Below, piece by piece: positions 20,974 to 31,499 of a stretch of 64,000 nucleotides of DNA (position 1 is the stretch's first letter; the number at the start of each line of letters is the position of its first letter). The notes under the pieces were generated by a model. That model saw nothing but the letters and a program-made list of their open reading frames with translations, ran no database searches and was not told the DNA's origin. The DNA comes from an uncultured Gemmatimonadaceae bacterium (GTDB taxonomy: Bacteria > Gemmatimonadota > Gemmatimonadetes > Gemmatimonadales > Gemmatimonadaceae). The stretch spans positions 10,712-74,711 of the forward strand of contig CAWGJO010000006.1 in NCBI GenBank assembly GCA_963822945.1. The letters run 5' to 3'. Made by a program: the position numbers and the translations under genes.

Positions 20974-21001
20974 CCGGCGCCGGTGGCGGCTTGCGAAGAA
21001 G

Positions 21002-21037
21002 TTAGTCTGGCCTAATAATTGAGTTAGGTCGGCATAT
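21002..21037. promoter_or_regulatory. Tandem DtxR/MntR-type operator boxes upstream of mntH
   Basis: TTAGTCTGGCCTAA (21002-21015) and TTAGGTCGGCATAT (21024-21037), 22 bp apart; they resemble TTAGG..CCTAA DtxR-family boxes and the regulator is in the same operon. Confidence 0.6.
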
Positions 21038-21047
21038 ATTTCGCGCC

Positions 21048-22441
21048 ATGGTCATTCCGGGCTTTCCCCGCCGTTCGCACCGTCACGACGTCACGACGTC
21101 CACCTCCACGCCGCCGCAGGGCGGCGGCGGGTGGCGGCGCGCGCGCGTCGCCCCCAGCCTGTCCGACGCCTATCGGACGATTCCGGTCGATCGGCGCTCC
21201 TGGTGGCGCATGATGCTCGCCTTCGCCGGGCCCGGCTACCTGGTGGCCGTGGGCTACATGGACCCCGGCAACTGGGCCACCGACCTGGCCGGCGGGTCCG
21301 CGTTCGGCTACACGCTGCTCAGCGTGATCATGCTGTCGAACCTCATGGCGATCCTGCTCCAGGGGCTGGCGTCCAAGCTCGGGATCGTCACCGGACGCGA
21401 CCTGGCGCAGGCGTGCCGCGACCACTACTCCCGCCCGGCGGCGATCTTCCACTGGGTCCTGTGCGAGATCGCCATCGCGGCGTGCGACCTGGCCGAGGTG
21501 ATCGGATCGGCCATCGCCCTCAACCTGCTGTTCGGGATCCCGCTGGCGATCGGCGTGGTGATCACCGCCTTGGACGTCCTCGTGGTGCTCGTGCTCCAGA
21601 ACCGCGGCTTCCGCCTGCTCGAGGCGGTGGTGGTCACGCTCATCGCCACCATCGGCGCCTGCTTCCTGTTCGAGATCCTGCTGTCGCGGCCCGACATGGC
21701 GGCCGTGGTCGCGGGGTTCCTTCCCCAGCGCGAGATCGTGGCCAATCCGGAGATGCTCTACATCGCCATCGGCATCCTCGGCGCCACGGTGATGCCGCAC
21801 AACCTGTACCTGCACTCGTCCATCGTGCAGACGCGGCGCTACGAGGAGAACGCGGCCGGAAAGCGCGAGGCGGTGAAGTTCGCGTTCATCGACTCCACCA
21901 TCGCGCTCATGATGGCGCTGTTCATCAATGGGGCGATCCTGGTCGTGGCGGCGGCCACCTTCCACCGCACGGGCCACACGGAAGTGGCCGAGATCCAGGA
22001 TGCGTACAAGCTGCTGACGCCGCTGCTCGGCGGCGGCGCGAGCGCCGTGTTCGCGCTGGCGCTGCTGGCGTCGGGGCAGAATTCCACGCTCACCGGCACG
22101 CTGGCCGGCCAGATCGTGATGGAGGGATTCCTCAACATCCGGCTGCGTCCCTGGGTGCGGCGCCTCATCACCCGGCTCATCGCCATCGTGCCGGCGGTGA
22201 TCGTGGCCATCGTGGCCGGAGAGTCGGGCACCGCGCAGCTGCTCATCTTCAGCCAGGTGATCCTGAGCTTGCAACTCTCCTTCGCGGTGTTCCCGCTGGT
22301 GCAGTTCACGTCGGAGCGCGAGAAGATGGGCGAGTTCGTGAACCCGCCGCGCTGAAGGTCCTGGCCTGGACGATGGCCTGGTTCATCGCCGTGCTGAACG
22401 CGTGGCTGCTGTTCCAGACCCTCCGTGGATGGCTGCGCTGA
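21048..22441 (+). CDS. mntH: Nramp Mn2+/Fe2+ transporter; frameshift ~22350
   Basis: [22 protein letters not shown] and [20 protein letters not shown]. Confidence 0.95.
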
Positions 22442-22910
22442 TGTTCAAGAGGATCCTGCTGCCCGTCGAGAACTCGTCGTACGACGCGGCGATCGTCGAG
22501 TACGTGCGCGATCTCGCCAAGTGGTGCGGCGCGTCGGTGCTCGTGATCCACGTGGCCGACGGCTTGGCGGCGCGCAACGTGAAGGAGCTCAGCCTTCGGG
22601 AGTCGGAGGAGATGCGCGACGATCGCGAGTATGTGGAGCGCATCGCGGCGGAACTCTCGGCGGCGGGGGTCGTGACCGACTGCATCCTGGCCGGCGGCGA
22701 GCCGTCAAGGAGATCGTCGAGGCCGCCGAGCGCGAGCACTGCGATCTGATCGCCATGGCGACGCACGGCCACCGGTTCTTCAAGGATGTGCTCTTCGGCA
22801 GCGTGGCCAACGAGGTGCGGCATACGTCGCGGGTACCGGTGCTGCTGGTGCTCGGCAAGCCGGCCACGCCGCCACGCGCTACGCCGCCGCACGTGTCGTC
22901 GCTCGCGTGA
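22441..22910 (+). CDS. Universal stress protein; frameshift ~22705
   Basis: MFKRILLPV, then CDLIAMATHGH..LFGSVANEV..VPVLLV in another frame. Confidence 0.88.
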
Positions 22911-23614
22911 AGCCGTCGAAGTCGGGCACGGGAGCGGGCGCGCGGTCCAGGGCGCCGCTCACGGCGCCGGTGGAGGACTACCTCAAGGCGATCTACGAGT
23001 TGGAGAGCCACGGCACGGCGGCCGGCACCAAGGAACTGGCGGCGGCGCTGCGCATCGCCCCCGCTTCGGTGAGCGGAATGGTGCGCCGTCTGGCCGCGCA
23101 GGGGCTCATCGCCTACGAGCGCTACCGTGGCGCGCGGCTCACCGACAAGGGGCGCCGGGCCGCGCTCGGCACCCTGCGCCGGCACCGCGTGATCGAGGCC
23201 TACCTGGCCGAGGCGCTCGGATACCCCTGGGATCGGGTGCACGACGAGGCCGAGTTGCTGGAGCACGCTGCCTCGGACGAGCTGGTGGACCGCATGGCGG
23301 CCGCCATCGGCGAGCCGGAGACCGATCCCCACGGGGCGCCGATCCCCGCGCGCGACGGCACCATGGACGAGCGCCGCCTGGCCTCGCTGGACGATCTGCC
23401 CCCGGCGCCGAGGCGCGCATCACGCGCGTGGAGGACGACGACCCCGAGCGGCTGCGCTACCTGGGGCGCATGGGCATCCGCCCCGGCGCGCGGGTACGCA
23501 TCGTGGAGCGGGCGCCGTACGGCGGCCCCATCACCCTGCGCGTGGCCCGCGCCGAGCGGCACGTGGGATCGGAACTGGCACGCCACGTACTGGTCATACC
23601 ACCGCCCGGGATAA
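22907..23614 (+). CDS. mntR: DtxR/MntR metal-dependent repressor with C-terminal FeoA domain; frameshift ~23400; 3' end uncertain
   Basis: EDYLKAIY, RRHRVIE, VHDEAELLEH, DPHGAPIP; FeoA-like LRYLGRMGIRPGARV..APYGGP. Confidence 0.88.
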   Translation: MKPSKSGTGAGARSRAPLTAPVEDYLKAIYELESHGTAAGTKELAAALRIAPASVSGMVRRLAAQGLIAYERYRGARLTDKGRRAALGTLRRHRVIEAYLAEALGYPWDRVHDEAELLEHAASDELVDRMAAAIGEPETDPHGAPIPARDGTMDERRLASLDDLPPAPRRASRAWRTTTPSGCATWGAWASAPARGYASWSGRRTAAPSPCAWPAPSGTWDRNWHATYWSYHRPG

Positions 23615-23623
23615 CTTTCAGCC

Positions 23624-24533
23624 ATGCTGCTTCCGCTCCTCCAGCTTCTCCTGATGCAGGCCGCGCCTCCGGTCGCCGCTCCGCGGCCCGCCGTGGGGCG
23701 GGCGCAGCGGGCGGCAAGCGCGGCGCGTCCGCAGCGGCAGGCAAGCCCCGGCGCCCGCGTTCCCGCCCCCGGCGCAAGAACGATCGCGATTGACGAGCGG
23801 CTGGCCGCCGACGCGCACCTGCGCGTGGGCGACCGGCTGGTGGTGCGGTCGCGCGTGGACGGACCGGGAGACACGGTGGTGATCGGGAGCGGTGGTGCGC
23901 CGCAGCGCCGACCCGTCGGAAGTGGCGCGCGACGAGTACCGCGTGCTGATGCACCTGGACCAGCTTCAGTCGCTCATCGGGTACGGCGACCGCGTGGACC
24001 GGTTCGCCGTGGCGACGCGCGACTCCGCGGCCACCGACAGCGCGACGGCGGTAATCAACGACGCGGCGTTCGGGTTCCGGGCGTACCGCTCCCGCGACAT
24101 CGCCGTGGAGACCTCGCAGACCTTTCTGGTGGTGAGCCGCTTCCACCGGGCCATCGGCGTGATCACCATCGTGGCGAGCGCCGTGTTCCTGCTCTGCATC
24201 ATGCTGCTCAAGGTGGACGAACGCCGGCGCGACGTGGCGGCCTTGCGGCTCATGGGCATCTCGTCGGCCACGGTGCTCAAGGCGGTGGTGCTGGAGGCGA
24301 CGTTCGTGGCGGCGCTGGGCAGCCTGTTCGGCGTCGGGATCGGGATCGCGACGTCGGCACTGGTGAACCAACACTACCGCGGTGTCTATCGCACGCCGCT
24401 GGCGTTCTCGATCGTGACGCCCGACGTGGTGGCGTTCGCGGTGGCGCTGTCGCTGGCGCTGGGCGTGGTGGCCGGGTTCTTCGCGGCGCGGCGGCTCACC
24501 CGTGTGAATCCCCTCGTGCTGTTCGGCCGGTGA
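23624..24533 (+). CDS. ABC transporter permease (MacB/FtsX family); frameshift ~23890
   Basis: ERRRDVAALRLMG..VVLEA with a FtsX C-terminal TM pattern. Confidence 0.8.
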
Positions 24534-24537
24534 CGCC

Positions 24538-25722
24538 GTGCTTCTGACCCTCGCCCGGGCCTCGCTGCAGCGCCACCGGCTGCGCACCGCGCTCGCCGTG
24601 GTGGGCGTGGCGGTATCGGCCGCTCTGCTGCTCGACATGGTGATGCTGTCGAGCGGCATGCGCGAGTCGTTCCGGACGCTGCTCGAGTCGACGGGGTTCG
24701 AGATCCGCCTCACGCCCAAGGGCACCATGCCCTTCGACACCGAGGCGACGATCGACAGCGCGAGCGCGCTGATGGCGCAACTCCGCGCCAACCCGGACAT
24801 CGCGACGGTGAGCCCCGTGCTCGGCGGGCAGGTGCACGTGCAACTGGCCGGCCGGAACGTCGCGGCGGTGGCCATCGGCATCGAGCCGGCCGTGCAGGGC
24901 GACTACCAACTGCGCGGCGGGCGCGACATCGCGGCGCCCGATCAGATGGTGGTGAGCCCCGAGTTCCTCGCCGCCACCGGAGCCCATGTGGGCGACACCC
25001 TGCGCATTGCCGGCGGATACGACGCGCAGATGCGCACCCTGGTGCGCGAGCGGCGTCTCGTGGTGGCGGGAACGGCGCACTTCGTCTACATGCCGGCCAA
25101 CCCGCGCGTGGTGGCGATGCCGCTGGCCACGCTGCGCGCGATGACCGGCGCCCGCGACGACCCGGTATCGATCGTCATGCTGCGCCTGCGGAAGGGGGCC
25201 GACGCCTCGGCGGTGCAACAGTGGGTGGCGCGCAACATTCCGCGCGTGACGCCGATTTCCACGGCGGCGGCGCTGCGGCAGGTGGACCAGCGGCTCAGCT
25301 ACTTCCGGCAGCTCGCGTTCATTCTCGGATCGGTGAGCCTCACGGTGGGGCTGCTCCTGGTGACCACGCTGGTGACGGTGTCGGTGAACGAACGACTGGG
25401 AGAGATCGCGGTGATGCGAGCCATCGGAGTGGCCAGGGGGTCGATCGTGGCGCAGGTGCTGGTGGAGGGGGTGGCGATCATGCTCGCCGGCTCAGTGCTC
25501 GGGCTCGGCCTGGGTCTGGTGACGGGGCGGTATCTGAACGGCATCCTGTCGCACTTTCCGGGCCTGCCGGCGGCCATCGACTTCTTCCTCTTCCAGCCGC
25601 GCGACGCCTGGGTGTCGCTGGGGCTGCTGGCGGTGTGCGGCGTGCTGGCGGGCATCTATCCCGCGTGGCGCGGCGCCTCGATGCCGATCGCCGTCACGCT
25701 GCGCGAGGAGGCGGTGGCATGA
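24538..25722 (+). CDS. ABC transporter permease (MacB/FtsX family)
   Basis: RHRLRTALA and SVNERLGEIAVMRAIG. Confidence 0.9.
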   Translation: MLLTLARASLQRHRLRTALAVVGVAVSAALLLDMVMLSSGMRESFRTLLESTGFEIRLTPKGTMPFDTEATIDSASALMAQLRANPDIATVSPVLGGQVHVQLAGRNVAAVAIGIEPAVQGDYQLRGGRDIAAPDQMVVSPEFLAATGAHVGDTLRIAGGYDAQMRTLVRERRLVVAGTAHFVYMPANPRVVAMPLATLRAMTGARDDPVSIVMLRLRKGADASAVQQWVARNIPRVTPISTAAALRQVDQRLSYFRQLAFILGSVSLTVGLLLVTTLVTVSVNERLGEIAVMRAIGVARGSIVAQVLVEGVAIMLAGSVLGLGLGLVTGRYLNGILSHFPGLPAAIDFFLFQPRDAWVSLGLLAVCGVLAGIYPAWRGASMPIAVTLREEAVA

Positions 25723-26414
25723 CCGAGCCCGTGCTGGTGCTGAGCGCGCGCGACCTGCGGCGCGACTACCCCATGGGCGCATCGCCGGTGCACGCGTTGC
25801 GCGGCGTGTCGCTCGACGTGGCGCCCGGCGAGTACGTGGCGATCGCCGGCCCGTCGGGGTGCGGCAAGTCGACGCTGCTCAACCTGCTCGGCGCCATCGA
25901 CCGGCCGAGCGCCGGCACGGTGAGCATCCAGGGCCGGCGCGTGGACCAGCTCGGCGACCGCGAACGCACGCGGTTCCGGCTGCTGCACATCGGGTTCGTG
26001 TTCCAGCGTTTCTACCTGATGCCGGCGCTCACGGCCCGTGAGAACGTGGAACTGCCGCTGGCCGAGGCGGGCATGGGCCGCGCCGAACGGCGCGAACGCG
26101 CCCGCGAGCTGCTCACGTACGTCGGGCTCGGCGCGCGCGTGGACCACCGGCCCTCGCAGCTCTCGGGGGGCGAGCAGCAGCGCGTGGCGATCGCGCGGGC
26201 GCTGGGCAACCGGCCGGCGCTGCTGCTGTGCGACGAACCCACCGGCGAACTCGACGCGCACACCGGCGCCGAGATGATCGCGCTCTTCCACCGGCTCAAC
26301 GCCGACGGCACGACGATCGTGGTGGTGACGCACGACGACGAACTCGCCGCCGCGGCGCGGCGCGTGGTGCACATGAAGGACGGCGCCATCGTGTCCGACT
26401 CGCGGGTGCGCTGA
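25719..26414 (+). CDS. ABC transporter ATP-binding protein (LolD/MacB-type)
   Basis: GPSGCGKS, LSGGEQQRVAIARAL and DEPTGELD. Confidence 0.95.
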   Translation: MTEPVLVLSARDLRRDYPMGASPVHALRGVSLDVAPGEYVAIAGPSGCGKSTLLNLLGAIDRPSAGTVSIQGRRVDQLGDRERTRFRLLHIGFVFQRFYLMPALTARENVELPLAEAGMGRAERRERARELLTYVGLGARVDHRPSQLSGGEQQRVAIARALGNRPALLLCDEPTGELDAHTGAEMIALFHRLNADGTTIVVVTHDDELAAAARRVVHMKDGAIVSDSRVR

Positions 26415-26417
26415 GCC

Positions 26418-27977
26418 GTGCTCTCGCTGCTCTCCTTCCGTCACCTGGTGCAGCGCCCATGGCGCACGCTGTTCCTGCTCGCCGGCTACGGCCTCGGCGT
26501 GGGGGTGATGGTGGTGCTGCTGTCCATCGGCACGGCGATGCTGACGCAGGCTCGCAGCGAACGGTTGGTGGGCGGGGGCGAGATCACCGTGCTCCCCGAG
26601 GGCATCGACGTCGAGGTGATGAAGACGGGCGGGCTGGGCGGGATGTTCCTGTCCATCGACCACGCGCGCTTCGTCTACCGGCAGATTCTGGCGTCGCCGC
26701 GATTGGCGGGCGACGTGACGGCGGCGGCCCCGCAGGTGGTGGGCAAGCTCGTGTATCTCACGCTGCCCGATGGCCGGCAGCAGGCCGTGCTCGCTACCGG
26801 GCAGATCCCGTCGCGCAACGCCGCCGTGGGCGCCGGCGCGCCGATCGTCGACGGGAAGTGGACGGACGATGCGCTCGACCGCGAGTGGATGACGCCGACG
26901 CCGTACGAACTGCGCAACGAGATCGATCACTTCCACCTGCCGCCGCCGGCGGTGGCGCACGATCCGTCGTGGGCAGAGTGGCACTACTTCAACGTGGTGT
27001 CGGCGGACGGGAAGCAGTGGGCGTTCATCTCGTTCATCGTCGCCGGGCAGGTGCCGAACGGCCGGTGGGGCGGGCAGGTGCTGGTGACGCTGCACCGTCA
27101 GGGGCGGCCGGCGCGGCGCTTCGTCGCCGATGTCCCCGCGTCGCAGGTCCGCTTCTCGACCACGAAGGCCGATCTCCGCATCGGACCGTCATCGGCGACC
27201 CTGCTCCCCGACGGGAGCTATCTCCTGCACGCGAGCGCCACCGAGAGCAGCACCGGGGCGCCGCTGACCGTGGATCTCATGGTCAACCCCCAGGCGGGTG
27301 CCTACTTCCCCGGCGCCGCAATAGCCACGGACTCGATGGTATCCGGATACGTCGTGCCCGCGCTGCGCGCCACCGCCGACGGCGAGATCTGCGCCGGGTC
27401 CAAGTGCGAGCGCTACACGGGCGCGCAGGCATATCACGACCACAACTGGGGCGTGTGGCGCCGTGTGAGTTGGGAGTGGGGGGCGGGGAGGGCTGGGGAG
27501 TTGGGCGTGTTGTACGGCAGGGTGCAGGAAGCCGGTCGGACAGTCGGACAGTCGGACAGTCGGACCGCGAACGGCGGTGACTGTCGAACTGTCGGACTGT
27601 CCGACTGTCAGACTCTTCGTCCGCTGTTCGTCTACCTCACCGACTCCCTGGGCTTTCTCGCCGTCTTCCGCCCGCGCGACATCGCCTACACCGACGGCGA
27701 CACGATCGTCGTCAATGGCCACCGGGTGGCCGTGCCGTCGCGCGGGGTGATGACCGACGTGCGCGGCGACGACTCGCTGCGTGTGGAGATCGAGGTGCAG
27801 GACGCCGCGGGCACGGACACGCGCAACCCACTCGTCGAGCGCGGCGACACGCGCGCGGCGCGGGCCCTGGCCCGCCCCTACTTCATCCAGATGAAGGGGT
27901 TGCTTCACGTGACCGGCCGCGTGCACGGCCGGCCGATTACGGGAACCGGCACCGGGTTCTTCGAGACCTATCGCTGA
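26418..27977 (+). CDS. MacB-like N-terminus fused to an AttH/CrtC-like (lipocalin-like) domain; contains an in-frame repeat insertion
   Basis: RHLVQRPWRTLFLL start; WAEWHYFN and AYHDHNWG motifs typical of the AttH/CrtC fold. Confidence 0.6.
   Translation: MLSLLSFRHLVQRPWRTLFLLAGYGLGVGVMVVLLSIGTAMLTQARSERLVGGGEITVLPEGIDVEVMKTGGLGGMFLSIDHARFVYRQILASPRLAGDVTAAAPQVVGKLVYLTLPDGRQQAVLATGQIPSRNAAVGAGAPIVDGKWTDDALDREWMTPTPYELRNEIDHFHLPPPAVAHDPSWAEWHYFNVVSADGKQWAFISFIVAGQVPNGRWGGQVLVTLHRQGRPARRFVADVPASQVRFSTTKADLRIGPSSATLLPDGSYLLHASATESSTGAPLTVDLMVNPQAGAYFPGAAIATDSMVSGYVVPALRATADGEICAGSKCERYTGAQAYHDHNWGVWRRVSWEWGAGRAGELGVLYGRVQEAGRTVGQSDSRTANGGDCRTVGLSDCQTLRPLFVYLTDSLGFLAVFRPRDIAYTDGDTIVVNGHRVAVPSRGVMTDVRGDDSLRVEIEVQDAAGTDTRNPLVERGDTRAARALARPYFIQMKGLLHVTGRVHGRPITGTGTGFFETYR
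27535..27614. repeat. Inverted pair of 8-bp (GACAGTCG) tandem arrays inside a CDS
   Basis: About 4 x GTCGGACA, a short spacer, then about 4 x GACTGTCN. Confidence 0.9.
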
Positions 27978-28018
27978 GCGCGCTTGACGGGCTCCGGCGC
28001 CGGCCGCCAATTGAGGGC

Positions 28019-28825
28019 ATGGCAGGCACCGTTCATCTCGGCACGCAGGGCTGGAACTACGACGCCTGGGTGGGTCCCTTCTATCCGCCCAGGACGCGGC
28101 CGGCGGAATACCTGACCGTGTACGCGCGGGCGTTCGACACCGTGGAAGTGGATTCGACCTTCTATGCGGTGCCGGCCGCGAAGACGGTACGCGGCTGGGC
28201 CCGGCGCACGCCGGAGCACTTCCGCTTCGCGCTCAAGATGCCGCAGGAGGTGACGCACGAGCGCCGGTTGCGTGGCTGCGCCGACGTGGCCCAGGAGTTC
28301 TACGACCGCGCGCGCGAGCTGGAGGGGAAGCTCGCCGTGATCCTGCTGCAGTTCGGTCCGGATTTCGGTCCCGTCGAGCTGCCGGCGCTCGCCGAGTTCC
28401 TGCCCACGCTGCCGCCGGACATCCGGTTCGCCGTTGAGTTCCGACAGCGGGGGTGGATCCATGACGGCGTGCTCGCGCTGCTGTCGGAGCACGGCGTGTC
28501 GCTGGCGCTCAACGACGGGAAGTGGATTCCCCGCAAGCAGGTGCTGGCGCTGGCCGAGCGTCCCACGGCCGACCTGATCTACGTGCGATGGCTGGGCAAT
28601 CGCAACATCGTGGATTTCTCGCGCGTGCAGGTGGACCGCACGCGCGACCTCGACGCATGGAGCGGCGTGCTGGCGCGTCTGGAGAAGGACGGCCGCACCA
28701 TCTACGGCTACTTCAACAACCACTTCTCGGGGCACAGCCCGGCGTCGGCGCGCGATCTCCAGCGGCTGCTGCATCAGAGTCCGGTGGATCCCGAGACGCT
28801 CGGGGAGCAGATGTCGCTGTTCTAG
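28019..28825 (+). CDS. DUF72 domain protein
   Basis: GTQGWNY..W, FDTVEVDSTFY, AVEFR and YGYFNN. Confidence 0.92.
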   Translation: MAGTVHLGTQGWNYDAWVGPFYPPRTRPAEYLTVYARAFDTVEVDSTFYAVPAAKTVRGWARRTPEHFRFALKMPQEVTHERRLRGCADVAQEFYDRARELEGKLAVILLQFGPDFGPVELPALAEFLPTLPPDIRFAVEFRQRGWIHDGVLALLSEHGVSLALNDGKWIPRKQVLALAERPTADLIYVRWLGNRNIVDFSRVQVDRTRDLDAWSGVLARLEKDGRTIYGYFNNHFSGHSPASARDLQRLLHQSPVDPETLGEQMSLF

Positions 28826-28859
28826 AGTCGGACAGTCAGACAGTCGGACAGTCGAACAG
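28826..28859. repeat. 8-bp tandem array (AGTCRGAC-type, about x4)
   Basis: agtcggac agtcagac agtcggac agtcgaac directly after the stop codon. Confidence 0.9.
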
Positions 28860-28904
28860 CGCTGGCCCCGCCATGGGGCGCCGGGATTCGCTACCTTTGG
28901 CACC

Positions 28905-29633
28905 ATGTCCCGGCGCATCATCCTGTTCTCGATCATCTCCGTCGCCCTGGCGGCGCTGTTCACCCGGCTCGGCTTCTGGCAGATCAGCCGGATGCATGAA
29001 CGGCAGGCGCTCAATGCCTACATCGAGTCGCGCATGGACTCCACGCCGGTGCCCTTCTTCTCGCTCACCGACGACAGCGCCGCGACGCACTTCCGCCGCG
29101 TCACGGTGAGCGGGACTCCGGACTTCGAGCACGAGTTCTACATCACGGAAGTCTCGCGCAACGGCTCGCCGGGCGTCTACGTCGTCACGCCGATTCGCGT
29201 GGCCGGACACGACACGGCCGTGCTCGTGAACCGCGGGTGGGTGTATGCGCCCGACGCGTCGACCATCGAGCCCGACCGGTGGCACGCGCCGGACAGCACG
29301 TTCGAGGGGTACGTCGACGAGTTCCAACATCCGCTCAAGCTCCTGCGGGAACCGCATCATCTCCGCACGATCAACTACGCGCAGATCTCCGAGAAACTTC
29401 CCTATCCGATCGCCGACACCTACGTGGTGGCGCTGGGGAAGGACTCGGTGGTTTCGGGCGTGCCGCTTCGCATCGCGCCGCCGCCGCTCGACGAGGGGCC
29501 GTTCCGCAGCTATGCCATCCAGTGGTTTGCGTTCGCGCTGGTCTCCATCGGCGGCGCGACGTTCGTGGCGATGAAGGACCGCGAAGCCCGGCGGGCCGCG
29601 GTGCAAGGGGAGTCGAAACCGACGGAGGTCTGA
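28905..29633 (+). CDS. SURF1 family protein
   Basis: LGFWQISR, GVYVVTP, VLVNRGWV and SYAIQWF. Confidence 0.92.
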   Translation: MSRRIILFSIISVALAALFTRLGFWQISRMHERQALNAYIESRMDSTPVPFFSLTDDSAATHFRRVTVSGTPDFEHEFYITEVSRNGSPGVYVVTPIRVAGHDTAVLVNRGWVYAPDASTIEPDRWHAPDSTFEGYVDEFQHPLKLLREPHHLRTINYAQISEKLPYPIADTYVVALGKDSVVSGVPLRIAPPPLDEGPFRSYAIQWFAFALVSIGGATFVAMKDREARRAAVQGESKPTEV

Positions 29634-29634
29634 G

Positions 29635-31486
29635 ATGCCGGAACAGCCGAAGTCCCTGGCCAGCGAACAGGAAGCGCGCGATGTCGCCGAAGCGGCGCGT
29701 GAGACCGAGTGGTCGGGGCCCAGCTTCGTGCGCGAGTTGTTCCTCGGCCGGTTCCCGCTGAAGCTGATCCATCCCATGCGCGCCGCCCGACGCCGCCGAA
29801 GAGGCGCGCGCCCGGCCCTTCCTCGACCGGCTGCAGGCGTTCCTGGAGCGCGTCGACTCCGACATGATCGACCGCACGGGCCAGGTGCCCGAGGAATACG
29901 TCCAGGAACTGCGCGAGATGGGCGCCTTCGGGATCAAGATTCCCACCGAATTCGGCGGGCTCGGCCTCCACTATTCGAGCTACGTGAAGGCGATCGCGAT
30001 GGTGACGTCCAAGGACGGATCGCTGGCGGCGCTGCTATCGGCGCACCAGTCCATCGGACTGCCGCAGCCGCTGGAGCTGTTCGGCACTGACGAGCAGAAG
30101 GCGAAATACTTCCCGCGGCTCGCCAAGGGCGCGATCTCCGCGTTCGCGCTCACCGAAGTGGACGTCGGCTCCGACCCGGCCAACCTGGCGTCGCACGCCG
30201 AGCCGAGCGACGACGGCACGCACTGGGTGCTGAACGGCGAGAAGCTCTGGTGCACCAACGGCACGTGCGCCGAGCTGTTCGTGGTCATGGCGCGGACGCC
30301 GGACCGGGTGGTGCACGGCAAACCGCGCCGTCAGATCACGGCATTCATCGTCGAGGCGGCCTGGCCGGGCGTCGAGGTCGAGCACCGCTGCCGGTTCATG
30401 GGGCTCAAGGCGATCGAGAACGGGCTGATCAAGTTCACCAACGTGCGCGTGCCGAAGGAGAACATTCTCTGGGCCGAGGGGCGCGGGCTCAAGCTGGCGC
30501 TGGTGACGCTGAACACCGGGCGCCTCACCCTGCCGGCGAGCACGGTGGGTTCGTGCAAGGCGCAGCTCGAGGTGGCGCGCAAGTGGGCCATGGAGCGCGT
30601 GCAGTGGGGGCAGCCGGTGGGGAAGCACGAGGCGGTGGCGCAGAAGATCGCGATGATGGCCGCCGATACGTTCGCCATGAATGCCGTGTCGCAATTGACG
30701 GTGGAGGTGGCCGAGCGCGGCGGGTACGACATCCGGCTGGAAGCCGCGGTGGCCAAGATGTACAACACCGAGGGCGCGTGGCGTATCGTGGACGACACGC
30801 TGCAGATTCGCGGCGGCCGCGGCTACGAGACCGCCGATTCGCTGCGCGGGCGCGGGGAGCGTCCGGTGCCGGTGGAGCGGATGATGCGAGACTCGCGCAT
30901 CAATCTGATCTTCGAAGGCTCATCGGAGATCATGCGGCTGTTCATCGCTCGCGAGGCGGTGGACCATCATTTCAAGCTGGCGTTCCCGATCGTGGACCCC
31001 AAGTCGAGCTTCGAAACGCGCGTGCGGGCGGCCGTGCGCGCGGCGCCGTTCTACATCGGGTGGTATCCGATGCTGTGGGTGCCGCGCTTCGGCGGCTTCG
31101 GCGAGTTCGGCCGGTTGACGGGGCACATGCGGTTCGCGGAGCGCCGGGCGCGCAAGTTGGCGCGTGTGCTCTTTCACGCCATGGTGCGCTACGGTCCCAA
31201 GCTCGAGCGCAAGCAGGCGGTGCTGTTCCGCGGCGTGGACATCGGGGCGGAGTTGTTCGCGATCGCGGCGGCGTGCGTCCGGGCCGACGATGAGGCCCGC
31301 CGGGGCAACGCGGCGGCGCTCGAACTGGCGGACGTATTCTGCCGCCAGGCCCGCCGGCGGGTGGACCAGCTGTTCCGCGACTTCTATGGTCCGAACGACC
31401 AGGCGATCTACGCCCTGAGCCAGAAGGTGCTCAGTGGGGAGTATGAATGGATGGAGCGGGGAGTGATGAGCGCATGGGGAGAGTGA
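29635..31486 (+). CDS. Acyl-CoA dehydrogenase; frameshift ~29780
   Basis: SAHQSIG, AFALTE..GSD, NGEKLWCTNG, QIRGGRGYE and RDSRINLIFEGSSE. Confidence 0.93.
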
Positions 31487-31499
31487 GGGGCACAACACC

